Shown: piece after piece, positions 19,153-20,000 of the stretch
How positions within the stretch are numbered: position 1 is the first letter of the stretch
Layout of the letters: each line of letters starts with the position of its first letter
NCBI RefSeq assembly: GCF_004010195.1
Contig: NC_057749.1
Location: 9,490,890 to 9,510,889 of the forward strand
Source of the DNA: Chiloscyllium plagiosum
Lineage: Eukaryota
Length of the DNA stretch: 20,000 bases
Direction: 5' to 3'
The notes under the pieces: model-generated
Seen by the model: the letters and a program-made list of their open reading frames with translations, nothing else
What the model was told of the DNA's origin: nothing
Databases searched by the model: none
Translations under genes and position numbers: made by a program

Positions 19153-20000
19153 TCAATAGACAATAGGTGCAGGAGTAAGCCATTCTGCCCTTCGAGCCTG
19201 CACCACCTTTCATTATGATCATGGCTGATCATCCTCAATCAGTATCCTATTCCTGCCTTATCTCCATAACCCTTGATTCCACTATCCTTGAGCGCTCTAT
19301 CCAACTCTTTCTTAAATGAATCCAGAGACTGGGCTTCCACTGCCCACTGGGGCAGAGCATTCCACACACTCACCACTCTCTGGGTGAAAAAGTTTCTCCT
19401 CATCTCCGTCCTAAATGGCCTACCCCTTATTTTTAAGCTGTGTCCTCTGGTTCGGGACTCACCCATCAGTGGAAACATGTTTCCTGCCTCCAGAGTGTCC
19501 AATCCTTTCATAATCTTATACGTGTCAATCAGATCCCCTCTCAGTCTTTTAAACTCAAGGGTATACAAGCCCAGTCGCTCCAATCTTTCAACATAAGATA
19601 GTCTGGCCATTCCAGGAATTGACCTCTGGAACCTACGCTGCACTCCCTCAATAGCCAGAATGTCTTTCCTCAAATTTGGAGACCAGAACTGCACACAATA
19701 TTCCAGGTGCGGTCTCACCAGGGCCCTGTACAGCTGCAGAAGAATGTCTTTGCCTCTATACTCAATCCCTCTTGTTATGAAGGCCAGCATGCTATTAATC
19801 TTCTTCACTACCTGCTGTACCTGCATGCTTGCCTTCATTGACTGGTGTACAAGAACACCCAGATCTCTTTGTACTGCCCCTTTACCTAACTTGACTCCAT
19901 TTAGGTAGTAATCTATCTTCCAGTTCTTGCCACCAAAGTGGATAACCATACATTTATCCACATTAAACTGCATCTGCCATGCATCTGACCACTCACCTAA
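19153..20000 (-). mobile_element. Young CR1 LINE: ORF2 C-terminus and 3' UTR, in the CCBE1 intron in sense orientation
   Basis: Uninterrupted frame LGEWSDAWQMQFNVDKC...LYRALVRPHLEYCVQFWSP...RLRGDLI...RTRGHSLK...RRNFFTQRVV...KGYG running from the window edge to 19239, followed by a CR1-type 3' UTR and short repeat tail (caatagacaatag on +). Confidence 0.95.

Noticed and set aside
19273..19908. Plus-strand ORFs of 107 and 82 aa
   Set aside because: Antisense shadows of CR1 ORF2; the same applies to 926-1249, 1123-1332, 3420-3635, 8737-9000 and 13677-13865.

Overview
Vertebrate genomic DNA that is repeat-dense and CpG-poor. The repeat complement (HE1/V-SINE, Deu-domain SINEs, many CR1 LINEs, Penelope-derived short repeats) points to a cartilaginous fish, probably a shark; this is an inference, and repeat families were recognised from memory, not by database search. 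The only host coding exon I recognise is the last coding exon of a CCBE1-family gene on the minus strand (17641-17832, [29 protein letters not shown]...GSG). Its tail is divergent enough that it may be a paralogue. Most of the rest is nested retroelement debris: CR1 LINEs, one of them young with an open ORF2 end, a Tx1/L1 3' fragment, a probable solo LTR and several SINEs. About ten Penelope-like short repeats are also present; some carry a minimal hammerhead-ribozyme core, some have target-site duplications (TSDs), and two form long palindromes. Other notable signals are a 66-bp local templated duplication that records an empty insertion site, and a CpG/E-box-rich unique segment at about 11.2-11.6 kb flanked by divergent splice donors. 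Nearly all ORFs in the supplied track are retroelement fragments, their antisense shadows, or probable chance ORFs.
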